Shown in pieces: positions 1 through 13,295 of a stretch of DNA of 64,000 bases. Within the stretch, counting starts at the first letter, position 1. Every line of letters begins with the position of its first letter. Under the pieces are notes generated by a model. It ran no database searches, was not told the DNA's origin, and saw nothing but the letters and a program-made list of their open reading frames with translations. Origin of the DNA: Mytilus trossulus. Its lineage: Eukaryota. Location: contig NC_086386.1 in NCBI RefSeq assembly GCF_036588685.1, positions 40,796,001 through 40,860,000 on the forward strand, in the 5' to 3' direction. Both the position numbers and the translations under genes were made by a program.

Positions 1-1213
1 CATGATTAAATGCTTCGTGGAGTCAAACTTGTAAATTATTTTAGATGTTCCTGCATCATTCTTATTGGCAGATAAGAAACAACATTATTTTTTGTCCTCT
101 TTCAATAACTGCTAGGTTTAAAAGTACAGACGAATTAGATACATTTAAAAAAAAAAGTTGGTTACATTACCAACTTGAATACCATATCATGAATTTTGAA
201 TTAAATAGAAGCGAACTCGTACAATGTTCTAAACATCAGTTAATTTCATATGATAGGTTAAATTAAATTTTTTTCATCGCTTGTATCTTTTATAAAATAT
301 TTTTTATTGATGGAGTCAAATCAATTAAATGATTTAACCTAGTTCCACTTTCAATTTTGACATTCTTTTTCTTTTAATAGATGAACACGCATAATTCACT
401 TGTAATTGATATCTAGCTTAGGGGTTAGTTGAAGGTCACAAGACAACGGCAGTAATGAGGTCAAATGATTTACTAGGAAGTGAATTTTTCATCATCGATG
501 TTTCTCAGCTTATTTTGACAAAAATGAACCATACTGGCTGCTAAAAACGAATCATTATTTCCCTATTTTATATTTTGATTTTTTGCATATATATTTCGAA
601 GCTGGTGCCCCTTTAGCGTATCACAAAAATAAATATTTAGAATTGTTTTTGTTATAAATAGAATAACTAAAATTTTCTTAAAAGATTTGTCAAAATCAGC
701 TACGTCGTCGCATTACGCTACACGAACCCTTGCAGTATTCATGTGTTTTATCTTTTGATTTTGCCATTTTATAAAAGATTTTCGATGGAGTTATATTTAA
801 TAGAAACAAGCCTTTGAACATACTTTGTTTTTGTAGGAAAACAAAATTTAAGGAACAGTAAGTATTGTTATACATGTTATAGACAGCTTAAATTAGGTTC
901 GAACTTAACTCGCCTTTCAATATACCAACGTTTGAAGATTGTGAAAATGAAAATAAGAGTTAACGGAAATATGCAAAACAGAAACTTTGATTTTTTTGTA
1001 ACATCTACTCACATGTCAAAGTAAAAACGAATATAGCCAACGTAAGGTTACTAGCGGGTTTTCATGTGAAGAAAAATCTTATATATCATGGTTTGATACT
1101 ATCAATAAATGTATGATCCGTTCTTTTTTATTTAATAATCAATGTTCACAAGACATCCCGGGATACGGCGTCGCGGTTCATTATCCCGACATATCTACCC
1201 GTCGGTTAAATAT

Positions 1214-1630
1214 AGATTCTTACATTGATACCAGTGGATTATCGGATTTATTCAATCGAGATAGTTAAATTATCAATTTTAAAGTCCGAGCCACCTCGGC
1301 GAGGACTTTAAAATTTATAATTTAACTATCGAGATTGGATAAACTCGATAATCCACGAGTAAATATGTAAGAATCTGTTTCTCTAATGATTAAAAAGACA
1401 TTTTCTTTTTTTGTTAACCAAAAATCCCCTTCGAGTGCCTTTCACATTGCACGAAGTTGTCAATTTCATTAACACCTGTTATCAAATTTTGATTCATCCA
1501 ATTAGCTGAAAAGGTCATGACCCTTAAAATCATCCAATGATCTTTTGAGATCACCAGCAACCACACGTTGATTAAATTTTTTTACACAATGGTTTCGGAA
1601 AGGGATAAATTTCCATAGAATTAGAGAAAA
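1214..1630 (+). mobile_element. Non-autonomous hairpin element (long palindrome + short inverted repeat; possibly Crypton-type)
   Basis: Arms 1214-1287 and 1303-1376 are reverse complements; TTTCTCTAAT (1378-1387) is inverted at 1620-1629. Superfamily assignment is inference. Confidence 0.6.
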
Positions 1631-2809
1631 GAAAATAACTATTACATACAGTTAGTTTAACACATTGGAAACAATGTAAACAAATAAAACCATTTAGGTA
1701 AATAAGGTTTGATACATTTGGTCGGAGAAAATATCATGTTGATATCAATATTGATATTTTTTTTCACATACATCTCTTTTAAAAGCAGACAACAAATCGG
1801 ATCAGAACTGGACTGTGACGCTTTCTGAAGCAAATATGATTGTTTTTTAGAGAGATAAATGATTTATTTAAATAAATTCATTCCCATTCACATGATCTTG
1901 ATTTGATATGTGGATAATCTTAACTACTACAAATACTGACTGTTAAAGTTTCTATTTTGCGGTGTCAAAGTTTATATTAAGTTCAATTTGAAAATTTTTT
2001 TTATGAATGATTGTAAATATAACAAAGTTTAAAATATGAAAACGTAAACAATACCAATTTTAATGCGCCAGACATACATTTCGACTATTGATGTCTTTAA
2101 ACATGATGGAGGTAAACATTAAATCTTACACAAACCGGGGAATTTAAGCGAAATTAAAAAACTCAGTAAGACAAACTCATAATTCGATAACTTTTATTAT
2201 GTAATTAGAATTTGACTTTTTTTCAAAAGATAGTTGTAAATAGCATACAGGGTTATACTTTTTTTAAATCAACTGCTCAATTTTGTTATACTAGTTTTCT
2301 CTTACATTATATATAACCCTTCTTTACAACAATATATGCCCATTGTGCACAAACAAATTATCCATAAAATCACGAAAATCTGAGAACAAAACCTAATCTC
2401 TATTTGTGCTGTACTAGAAAGACTATTTTGGTCCTATAACCTACATACTACATGTACATCTGTCTTAGATGGAAAACATTAAGGTAGACGTTAACTCTTT
2501 TTCCCAAACTTATTTTAAATTGAAAGAACCTTTTACTGTCTTTTCCTTACAGAAATATTTTTTTTCTCTTTTTTTTCAGGTAGATATTTCTAATAGTTAA
2601 AATAATGATAAATTGTAAACGTAATGCAGGATTTTATGAATTCATACCATAACGTTGCTAAAACAAATATATATAATCTATTCATAAGCATCTTTTGTGT
2701 ATTCTTAAGTAGAAGGCCGGTACGCCATACTCCCCGAGTAGCCCAAAGAAAGTCATGTATTTCCCTTTTTTTCATTTAACGTCACTCAACTTTGCCTGAT
2801 GGTTGACAG

Positions 2810-5505
2810 GTTTTAGAGAGAAATGGACTAGAGAACAAACAGATGATAATTTGCAGATTGTACCTCTTAATGAAAACAGCAACGAGTACAAAATTGCTGA
2901 GAAAAGTTTCCAGGAGCATAATAAAAATTTTGAAATATTCGAGGTATGAATACATTAAATGAACAAACTACATGATATGTTAACTTGCAGAATAATAAGC
3001 CAGAACATTGGAAATCAAGGTATGGTTGATCTTAACATCTCTGTAGTATAAAATCAAATTTTACACATGTTTTGAATTGGAAGAGAGATATAATACACTT
3101 TATAAGATTTTTCACGCCATTTTTATGAAATTCATAATTTAACACACACCATAAAAGATGTATTGTGTAAGAAAGAAATCAAAAGGCTATATATCAGTAG
3201 ATAAGGTTCAAAAGCAAAAATGAAAGACAAGAATACAAAAAATTATCATAACACAATGACGGGATTTACAAGTAACCAGCCACTTCAAATGGATATAAAC
3301 AAAAAATACTAAACAGCAAAACGTTAGAAAAAGAACCAGGACTATACTTCAATAGCAATATCTAAACAGAAATCGAAGAATACTATAAAAAGTTATTTAG
3401 ATGATTAACAACATCAAAATCCAGAATCGATACGTCAAGACCATCGTGCATTATTTGGGAAGTTGATAAGGAATATCTATCTATAATGTGTTAGTATCTT
3501 CCGATGAACTTTAAAGAACAAAGGTCGAGACGATCGTTTTGACATTTTACTGGTTCATCAACCTTTTGCTCATACACTAGTGACGTTTTACAAAGCTCTT
3601 GGATACCAAATAAGTTGGGAAATGTATATTCTATATGCAGGTGAAATTGGTAGTTTGCTACTTAGGTGTATGGAATTGATAATTTCAAGATTAAAGTCGT
3701 ATCGTTTGTCATATTTTTTGGTACTGGGATGACTAACCGTGTATATCAAATTCGATGCATAAGTATAAAAAAAGAATTCAAGTAAAAAATAATTGCATAT
3801 TTTCTTTCAGATATGTAGAGTACAGAATAGAAGGTTATACGAAGCATACATTTTTTATGAAAAAACCTTCATGGATATTGCAAAACAACAATACCCATAC
3901 TCCTATATGAGATATCTATGGCATGGTACGTCGGAACAATCGTCATATAATATCAATCAATATGGTTTTAATAGGAATTACCAGGGGAAAAATGGTAAGG
4001 AATTGCAAACATAAACATAGAGAGAAAATGTGATTATTTGAATTCCCTTGCTTGAATCTTTAGTGTTTTCACTTACTTATTAGCATTACTTAGTGTTGCA
4101 CAATCCTATATATAGCTGGAATAATAGTGTATGCATATTGAAGAGAATCATATTATGATGAAATACAAAAATGTTTTTTTACAGGCGTGTTACTTACTAT
4201 CTCATAAGGTAACATTGTGCATCATTATACAAACAAAGTTACACTATTGCGACTGTCAGTCGACCAGTTTTCGTTATTTCCCGATAATATCCGAAGGTTG
4301 GTGATGATACATCTCTTACGAATTCATTTTGTTCAACACAGACCGGAATCCGGTCAACATCTTTTCGTACAAACAGGAATAAGTCGAGGAAATCTTTATA
4401 AACAAAACAACCTAGTTACACAAGTGATAACAATTGTTGAAGATTATCAGCATGCAGTGTTTAACAATTACCTCGCATCCCAAATTAATGCTACAGCAGT
4501 TTGCAGCTTTTGCAGCTACAAGTCTTTCAGTATTTGAGCGACCAGATCTCTAGTGTCCCAATTCCCTGCATAGAATAAAGAGAAAGACAGTATAATGAGA
4601 TATACAAAGATGTGGTAAGAGTGCCAATGAGACAACTCTCCATCCAAGTAAAAATTTATAAAAGTTAACTATTATATTTCAAGGTACGACCTTTGCCACA
4701 GAGCTTAGGCTCACATCGAACAGCAAGCTATAAAGGGCCCCAAAATCAAAAGTGTAAAACCATTAAACGGGAAAACTAACGGTCTAATCTATATAAAAAA
4801 AAAGAAACGTGAAACACGTATTAACTACATAAACAGACGACAACTAATGTATATCAGATTTACTTTGTATTTTCTTGTATTAAACCACAAGGCATATCCA
4901 AGCCGGAATCACTGGTGTTAGTACAATTCTTTTCTTGAATTTGACATATGTGCATCACAGAAAACATTTGCAGATTAAACAAAAACTGTCTAGTATTTAC
5001 TGTTTGCTTATTTTTCTATTGTATTTTTTTTTTGCTTCCGACCGTAAAAGATATATGTTCCCTGGTACCTAGAGTGGGCTAGATACCCGGTTGTAGCTAG
5101 AAAAAGATGATCATTCTATATTTCAACTTATATACTCAGAATTGGTGTAATTTAATGATAAGAAATAATAGCTTTTATTTATCTGCAGCTTGTCGTTACG
5201 GTGATGGAGTTTATTTTGCCACTGAACCAAGATACTCATCCCACGATGAATATTCTGTTCCAGATAGTAGAGGATATAAACTTGTTTACAAATGCAGTGT
5301 TTTAGTAGGAAGATATGGAAATGGGGAAGAAAATTTGAAAGAACCACCAAAAGATCTAAATGGTGCTAGATATGATAGTGCTGTCGACAATGTATGCGAT
5401 CCAAAAATACATGTTATATTTCGCGATAACCAAGCGTATCCGGAGTATCTTTTTAAGTTTAGGAGTGCTCGATATAAACACCGCGTATCTTCAGTTACGT
5501 TTTAG
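2810..5505 (+). CDS. PARP10/14/15-like mono-ADP-ribosyltransferase, catalytic-domain exons (5' exons not resolved)
   Basis: Three phase-compatible AG/GT exons 2810-2943, 3811-3994, 5189-5505 give FREKW..LQIVPLNENSNEY..F / ICRVQNRRLY..LWHGT..GFNRNYQGKN / ACRYGDGVYFA..VLVG..YDSAVDN..PKIHVIF.DNQAYPEYLFKF. These are PARP catalytic motifs with an H-Y-I triad. Confidence 0.9.
3430..3712 (-). mobile_element. Decayed Penelope-like retroelement fragment
   Basis: Minus strand reads YDFNLEIINSIHLSSKLPISPAYRIYISQLIWY, a degenerate form of the DFNF.I.NFP.LSSNIP.SPAYG.YISQLIRY motif of Penelope-type RT C-termini. Confidence 0.65.
4608..4860. repeat. Interspersed repeat family GATGTGGTA.GA.TGCCAATGAGACAACTCTCC (also at about 33040-33165, 49140-49415, 57055-57300, 57930-58140)
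   Basis: Multiple dispersed copies in both orientations. Confidence 0.7.
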
Positions 5506-7209
5506 ATTAGTCTGTGATACGCACACGCTGTTTTGAATACTACATTTTTCAGGGATCAGATATAAATATTTTTGACTATCCGTAATTTACTGTCATACAT
5601 ACGTTATTTAACTAAATAAGAAACATGTTAAAACTACAGGCAAAAAACAAAGTATGTGATTTGTTGAATTTCAATACATATACCTTATAACTATTGAGAA
5701 ATTCCGTGTTTCTTCAAACAAAAAATCAGTAAGGTACGTAGCAATACACATATAGGATCAAAACTTAAAATTGACACTCATAATATAAACCACCCTTTTG
5801 TCTTCCCTTTCTAACAAATAAGGCTTAATACTTTTGCTTGTTTTTTATCAATGGAAAGAGCATCCTTCATAGAGTTTCTTTCGAATAGTTATAATGGTGA
5901 AATATATGATTTCTTTTTTTTATGTAACCATGGCAACAATCTGCTTAATTCGATACAAATTAAGGGGGGGTGAAAATTTTCACAAAAGTATAAAAAAAAA
6001 TATGGTCCAAAAGAAAATTTCAATCCGTTATAGTGATATCTTTCCTGAATCATAGACTTATATCTATCACGAGGCAATATCATATCATATGCACTTCTGC
6101 TGATTGTTCCATGAAACTGAATTAAAAAGATCGCAATAATTTCTGATCCTATGGGTATTACGGTACGCATGTGCTAATACGGAGTGAAAAACAGACAATG
6201 GCATATAAAACATGCTAAAAGTAATCTAAATGTTCATGTTAACTTACTTGGAAGGCATTTCAAATCTTTAATTATCTGAAAATCAATTTTATTATACAAA
6301 AACTTTCTTGTTCGAAACATTCTTTAAGGACAAAATGCGAAACTAAACTTCGAACTGTGTATTGCTATCTTAATCATGAGGATTTGGATAGTGCTATTTA
6401 ATGTGAAAAATACAAAGTGTAATATATAGAACGATTATTCTGAATATTTTTTTATTCTAGAAAATTTTGAAGGCTACATCTTGAAGTGACATACTTTCTG
6501 AAATAAAAAAAATAAAAGTTTGTTTTCATAGCCAGTCTTGCAAATTTATTTACATGTTTTTCTTTGTTCTTGTGTTATATGAATAAGTTTATACTTTGCA
6601 AAAGTTACTGTGTCGCCCTCATAGATAGTTTTGTCTGTTTACCTTAAATAGAACATAAGAGTAGTTAACTTTTGTCAACACATTTTAATGATTTTGCATA
6701 TTTTATCACAAATGTGTGTTATATTTATATTAAGATGATAACTTCTAGTTCAACATTAATATCCTTATGTTATTGTTTAGATTTTTTTATTATCTATTAA
6801 TGGTAGAGGAGTATTGTCTTTAAATTATTCTATATATCTTTAGTTATGACGAAACATTATTATTCTTTAATATGATTTTTGGTATATTTATGCGCTTTAC
6901 TACAAACAGAAAATGGTCTTGAAGTTAGACAAACCAGTAAAATTCTGAAATGGTCTATATCTGTTCTCAACTATACTTATTTTTACTCGACCAGTATGAA
7001 TTGGTCTGAATTTTACTCGAAATAACTCGACCCCAGTGTTACTCATACTCGACTGTACTGATTTGTACTTTTAAAATAGTCTATTTCTCGGCAAGTCTGA
7101 GACAGTGTTAACCCATTCTCGACCTGTACTTATTTTTCAGTATAAAACATACTCAACCAAAAGTCTGAATAATACTCGACCAGTCTTTACCATAATTAAC
7201 CAAATCATT

Positions 7210-8440
7210 GGTTGTTTTAACTTCCGTATTTCAATGTATGTATGACCTAAATACCAAAACTTATATAAAAAATAAATACTCTACGTCGTCTTTTTTTATT
7301 TTCACTTCAGCTTTGTTATTCCTCATCCCCTAAATATGGATAAAACTTATCGATTGTGCAACTATGACTATTGGAGGGGCTACGGAGGACCTAAATGCCA
7401 AAATACGCGTTAAAATTAAGAAATTCTCAATTCTAAATAATGAAATGGATAATTTAAATAATGAAATGGACTGCTGCGACCCTTCAATCCCTTACTACAG
7501 ACACACCTTATTCTTGTCGAAATCTTATGAATAGAGGAACAAATGCATTTAGTCAAAAGGTTCCACAACGCCTGTTAGAGGAGTATTACAGGACCTTATT
7601 ATCAAAATACGCGTGAACATTAAGACATAGAGTATTTTGAATAATAGAATAGACTGCTGCAATCCGCCAACCCCTAATTAAAGAAAACTTTATACACCAT
7701 CTGAAAGCTTAGAGATAGAGGAATAAAATGTTTATACTCAGTATGTACTGCAATGACCATAAGAGGGGTTACGGAGGACCTAAATTCCAAAATACGCATG
7801 AAAATAAATAAAAAATAGCCAATTTTGAATAATGTAAAGGATACTATGAATAATGGATGCACTGCTGCACCCTTCAGATATTAATGACAGACAAACATTA
7901 AAACTTATTCAAAAGTTTATCGATGGAGGAGCAAAAGGTATATAGTCAATGTGTATCGCAACGCCTATAAAAAAAACACCTCAGGATCAAAATGGAATGG
8001 ACTGCTGCGACCCGTTAGCCCCTTTTTTCAAAGAACTTTATTCACTTTTTGAAAGCTTATAGAGATAGAGTAATAAAATGGTATATAAATAAGCTTTCGA
8101 ATGAGGTATAAGGTATAACCTACATTAAGGGGCTAGATGGTAGCATCAGTCCATTCCATTTTTTTAAATATCCATTCCATTATTCAAAATATCCATTCCA
8201 TTATTCAAAATTGGTTATTCCTTAAAATCACGCGTATTTTGGCATTTAGGTTTTCCGTAACCAATCTAATGGTCATTGCTGTGCAATCGACTTGATATAT
8301 CTATAACCAGGGGATGAAGAACAGCAAAGATAAAGTAAAAATTTAAAAAAAATGTATTTTAATTTTTATATATAATATATACTGTATGTATATACAGATA
8401 TTCAGGTCGTCCATACCAAGGAATTTCTGTTAAAAATTGA
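7210..8440. mobile_element. Degenerate fold-back element with ~200-bp internal repeats
   Basis: GGACCTAAAT.CCAAAATACGC..GGACTGCTGC module at about 7385, 7590, 7775 and inverted at about 8140-8260; 7260-7375 is inverted at about 8262-8372. Confidence 0.6.
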
Positions 8441-9184
8441 TAAGAGAAACCCAGTAGTTTATCCTCCGAATCTAAATAATTAGATAAAGTTAGAAAATAT
8501 TTTGTTCTGATATTTATTTGAATGTTTGTTAGATAAAATCAAAATCAAGAATTCAGAAAAACGCGTACAGGACATAGCGTCACAGATTTTTTGTTATACC
8601 TTTATTACCTTTCAACTTAAATACTGGAATATAAACTATTTCATTATTCATTATTTATCACTTAACATTGAATAGTGAATAATGAATGATGAACTATTTT
8701 GTTATTCATTATTGAACTTTGAAGGAGCTATATACTCTAACAGCAAATTAGTCCTACATGTGTATGAGATAATATTAACCTGCATGCTTTTTTTAAAAGT
8801 AAATGTTTTCCAATCAAAGAAAATGATGTCACTGAAAATTGTGTTGACATGCACCTAATGAGTATTTGTTTAACCTAGCTTGAAACTTCTTACCAGAAAT
8901 GTATAAATCTTAGTAAAGCATGTGTTACTTTAAATGTGTCTGTTTATGTCATTTGTGCTTTTCAAAGTTTTAAAATATGTACCAGCATCTTGTGAGTCAA
9001 TCATTTCATTTATTTGATACAAGCAGATTTAATTTTAATAACGTGTGTTTCGGGATTAGAAAATACCAATTCTTCTCAAAACTTTATCAAATTTTGCAGG
9101 AATAGAAACCAAAATGGAACATCTGCAGTGATAGTCTTGTAGTATATACATATTGCATTAGTAGGATTGATTAATATTTCAACA

Positions 9185-9575
9185 AACAGGCGATATTCAA
9201 ATAGTTTCTAACTGTGTAACCCGCCTTACCTACATTTATTTCATTTCAGTAAAGCATATAAAATGCATGACCTTCTTAAAGACAAAAAAAAGATATATTA
9301 ATAATTTTCTGCTACTCAATCGCAAATATGTCAGTGAGTGTTTGTATCTCCTAAATCACAGTGAAGTTGAGATTAAAAATACTTCCAAAATTAAAGAGTC
9401 TCCTTTCATATCTTGATCTTTTTTCTAAATTTCTTTAAAAAGTTGACAACTTCAACTAGTATCTATGTCAAGTGTAATGATATCAACTTTCAAATTCTCA
9501 ACTGTCCATATCTCAGATCTAGCATACCCTCTGTCCTATTGTATAGCATTTACATATCTCAATCTCGTTTATGCT
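9185..9575 (+). mobile_element. Decayed Penelope-like retroelement fragment
   Basis: Reads ..SIYVKCNDINFQILNCPYLRSSIPSVLLYSIYISQSRL, the same motif in degenerate form; upstream part is frameshifted. Confidence 0.55.
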
Positions 9576-9589
9576 ACCAGTATACAAGA

Positions 9590-9870
9590 GGGGCTAAAGA
9601 TACCAGAAGAACAGTGAAACTCATAAATCGAAAACAAACTGACAACGCCATGACCAAAAGTGAAAAAGACAAACAGACAAATAACAGCACACAAGAAACA
9701 ATATAGAAAACTAAAAACTGAGCAACACGAACCCCATCATAAAGTAGGGGTGATCTCATGTGTTTCTGAAGGGTAAGCAGTCATGCTCCACATGTTGTAC
9801 CCGTCGTGTTGTTAATTTTTTTCAAATCCGTTAAATAGTCTAATTTGGTAGGTCACATTCATGAAAAGGG
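9590..9870. repeat. Interspersed repeat (second copy at about 58440-58590)
   Basis: Shared TGACAAC.CCATGAC..AAAGACAAACA..CATAGAAA.CTAA..ACTGAGCAAC. Confidence 0.6.
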
Positions 9871-10186
9871 AAATGGATAGTAATATACTATTATGTTATT
9901 CATTTACTGCATTGATAAGGGCTCGCTCCTTACACAAACACGTCTCTAATAGACTTCCTAAAAAAGAAAGAATGAAATTGACATGTGTATGGTCAACACC
10001 ACAAATTATTTTGTTGACTGTAAAACTGTATCTGTGTTTCAATTCAGTAGCAACATGTTTTCTATTCGGAGATTTTAGGATCGTTTGATACCAGAAACAT
10101 CAACTTGTCTTCTAATTTTAAAAATTATTTACTATTCCCATTTGTCACGTTTTGACTGCGTTTGCAGTTTCAATCCTCCTATGCAT

Positions 10187-10582
10187 AATAAAATTGAGAA
10201 TGGAAATGGGGAATGTGTCAAAGAGACACAACCCGACCATAGAAAAAATCAACAGCAGAAGGTCACCAACAGGTCTTCAATGTAGCGGGAAATTCCCGCA
10301 CCCGGAGGCGTCCTTTAGCTGGCCCCTAAACAAATATATACTAGTTCAGTGATAATGAACGCCATACTATTTCCAAATTGTACACAAAAAACTAAAATTA
10401 AAATAATACATTGGCCAGAGGCTCCTGACTTTGGACAGGCGCAAAAATGCGGCGGGGTTAAACATGTTTATGAGATCTCAACCCTCCCCCTATACCTCTA
10501 GCCAATGTAGAAAAGTAAACGCATAACAATACGCACATTTAAAATTCAGTTCAAGAGAAGTCCGAGTCTGATGCCAGATGAT
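10187..10582 (-). repeat. Abundant SINE-like interspersed repeat (other pieces at about 12065-12240, 20280-20412, 26627-26785, 51707-51775)
   Basis: Shared ATAAAATTGAGAATGGAAATGG..GTCAAAGAGACAAC end. Core CCTGTCCAAAGTCAGGAGCC resembles the Nin/Deu SINE domain (from memory). Confidence 0.7.
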
Positions 10583-10780
10583 GTTATTTATATTTTCTTA
10601 AAATGGTGGAGTGCAGTGTTCCTGGCAGATCTTTTTCAAACTAGTGGCGGTAAAATGCTTTGTAATTTTTAGAGACATCTCTCATTGACGTTCACCTACT
10701 TCTAATTTATCAATACCTCTAAATGAATTAACACTAAATTGTTAAGTAACAAATGCAAAACAAACTAATTATTATGACAT

Positions 10781-12947
10781 TTAATCGGATATTTTCCATC
10801 CTGCAAAACTAGATCTTCCTCCATCATCACTCCGTATAGACCCAACGGCCGGATGCGTTGTGGAAGTCCTGACGAAGCTTACGTCGCCTTGGTTCATCCA
10901 GACAACTACAACAGCAGTCGCCGCATTCAGATCATGTGTGCCTTCGTTGCTGTCAGAGTATATAGCTCCTTCCTGCTCGTTGTTAACAATTATGTCAACA
11001 CTAGCAAAGCTGCTACTACTTCCTGGGTGAACTGTGAAGGTCAAGACATAAACGCCACTTGATGGCGCTGTAAACGCCCCTGTGTTGTTGTTATACCCGT
11101 TGCCAAAGTTAATTTTGATGACATCGTATATAAGAGTTTTGTGCTGTTGAATTGGTTCGTGTTTCTTCATATAAGCGTAGAAGGCGATGCGATTACTTAC
11201 AATGTTGTTTACCAAGAGTCGTTTATCTTAAAGAAGAAAAAAATGGGTATATTTAGAATAGCATTGACAAGAGACAGGATTTCAAATGTGCTTTGTTAAA
11301 TATGTTGTTTAACAATATTATAGAACTTCTTAAAATTGTTGGAATATTTCCATTTATTAATTGATCTTTGACTTGACTGTTTGGAATATTCACGATTTTT
11401 TTATAACTTCTAGATGTTTATTAGAGAACAACAATAGAATACAAATTCAAATTCAAATGTTTGTTTTTGGTAATACTTTTCACATATAGAGCTCGCCACT
11501 GAATCATTTACCGTTTCAGAATTATATTGGATGCTTGTTTAATTTTGAAATTCAGCTTTTATGGGTGGAATTTTATCGGAGTGAAATTGACACTTAACCA
11601 TATTCTTATACAACTTTGCTGTAGTTCAAGAATAAAACTAGAAAAACAAATTGATTCAGGGCACAAAATCTCTACAATAAGATTATGTATAGATATACAA
11701 AGATGTTGTCTGAGTGCCAATGAGACTACTCTCAATCCAAGTACATGTTTATCTTATTCTAAATTGAAATTTGGTTTGACTACTTTGACCAATGTCAATT
11801 ACCACGTATTGGTCTAGTGGAAAATATGATTCGCAATGTCCATTCGGAGCTGTATCATATACCTTATTAGTTCTACAGTAGAGTGTAAAAATTGCTAATT
11901 GTATTTTTAGTATTAGTGCATTTGAAAATGTGCAAGCGAACCGTCAAAAAATTTCACAAAATGAGCAGTCTACTATGATTAATGTTAAAAAAAACGGAAA
12001 AATATGTTCTAACCTTTGTTAGTCTCGTAAGTTTGTTTTTAATAAAAAAAATCTTTGTATGTTTTGGAGTAAAGTGTGACGTCCATTTTCGATAAATTAA
12101 TACATGGTTAAGGGCCAAATGAAACCAACTCCGGGTCAGTGCGAGATTCTCGCTGTGTGGAACCCAATTTATGACTTTCGATTGTTTTCAGCGCTTTATT
12201 CGGGTTGTTGTCTCTTTCACACATTGTCCTTTTCTTTTTTAAATTATATCACAGAAAACGTTTTGACGAAAACGTAATATAAAATATGTAGTTTATACGT
12301 TTTCACTACCATATTACGCTGATGTTATTCGCGGATATTTCTTAAATCTGAATAATGCTGGCGTACCGTAGAAAGAGGTAGACACTAGTTTTAAATAACA
12401 ATTGCTTCAACTGTCAAGAGATCGGTCTACTATCTATACGTGAACCAATTTTTGAAATACTAGGGCGAAATATGTATTCAACGATTAAAACAAGGTCACG
12501 TGAGAGTCTTCGGTTCGTGTAAAAAGAACTCAAAAGAAAAAAAACTAGCGAATTAACAAAAGTTTAACTCGGTTTGACTCTAAGTATCGATCGTAAGATT
12601 AATAAAATACCTTTCTTTGTTTGATGTTCACTATGTTCCACATGCAAATTTTTAAGTGGTACGTCATCATCCGCGTCATCGTCAGTTAACTTGGTCCTAG
12701 GCGATATTTGTTTTGGTGATTTGGTCTGTCTGCTGGTTTGGTCTACATGTGATCGAAGAAAAGTTACTTCTTGTCTCAACTGGTAAATTTCGTCTTTTTG
12801 CTCGTGCACAATTTTTTCCAGGTGTGCCATGCGGTCATGCATGATCTTTTCCAATAGTACAATTCTAGATTCCGTGTCCAGATCTGCATTTGTCACAGAA
12901 CAAAAGTAGAAAATTAAACTTAAAAGAGCTACAGTAAATAAAGACAT
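10781..12947 (-). CDS. Secreted C1q-domain-containing protein 1 (signal peptide, coiled coil, globular C1q)
   Basis: Exon 1 12947-12611 (MSLFTVALLSLIFYFCSVTNA, then heptad-like helix), phase-1 intron, exon 2 11226-10781 (DKRLL..IAFYA..LIYD.IKINFGNGYNNNTGAFTAPSSGVYVLT..MNQGDVSFV..SSFAGWKI). Confidence 0.92.
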
Positions 12948-13295
12948 GGCTGAAACGCAGTCCACACATACAAGAGAGATAAGATCATTTAAGGTCAATA
13001 ATGTTGTTTCACCTTCCCTCAAAGATAATATATCGTGAATGTATACAGAAGTAACTAAATGGTTTAAGAATTTTTTTATTGCAGCCGTAGATTTGTTTTC
13101 ATTTAACAATGTGTTGGATATTTCTATTCGATTATTTTACCCTGAGCGTTAGAGATAAATGTATTTATTGTATCTGAATATTAGCCCACGTAAACTGAGG
13201 GTTGTAATGTCATCAATTGAGAATATTTGGCAGTATAAATAAGTTGGTCGTAACGCGGAACAGCCGCTTTTGTGTATTACTGCGTTTGCGCTGAA

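Noticed and set aside
4217-4560. 106-aa ORF and CpG-richer stretch in a PARP intron
   Set aside because: No recognisable motif; may be a decayed TE but cannot be supported by eye.
12948-13109. N-terminal extension of the C1qDC-1 ORF from 13109
   Set aside because: Non-ATG start; the ATG at 12947 directly precedes a signal peptide as in the paralogs.
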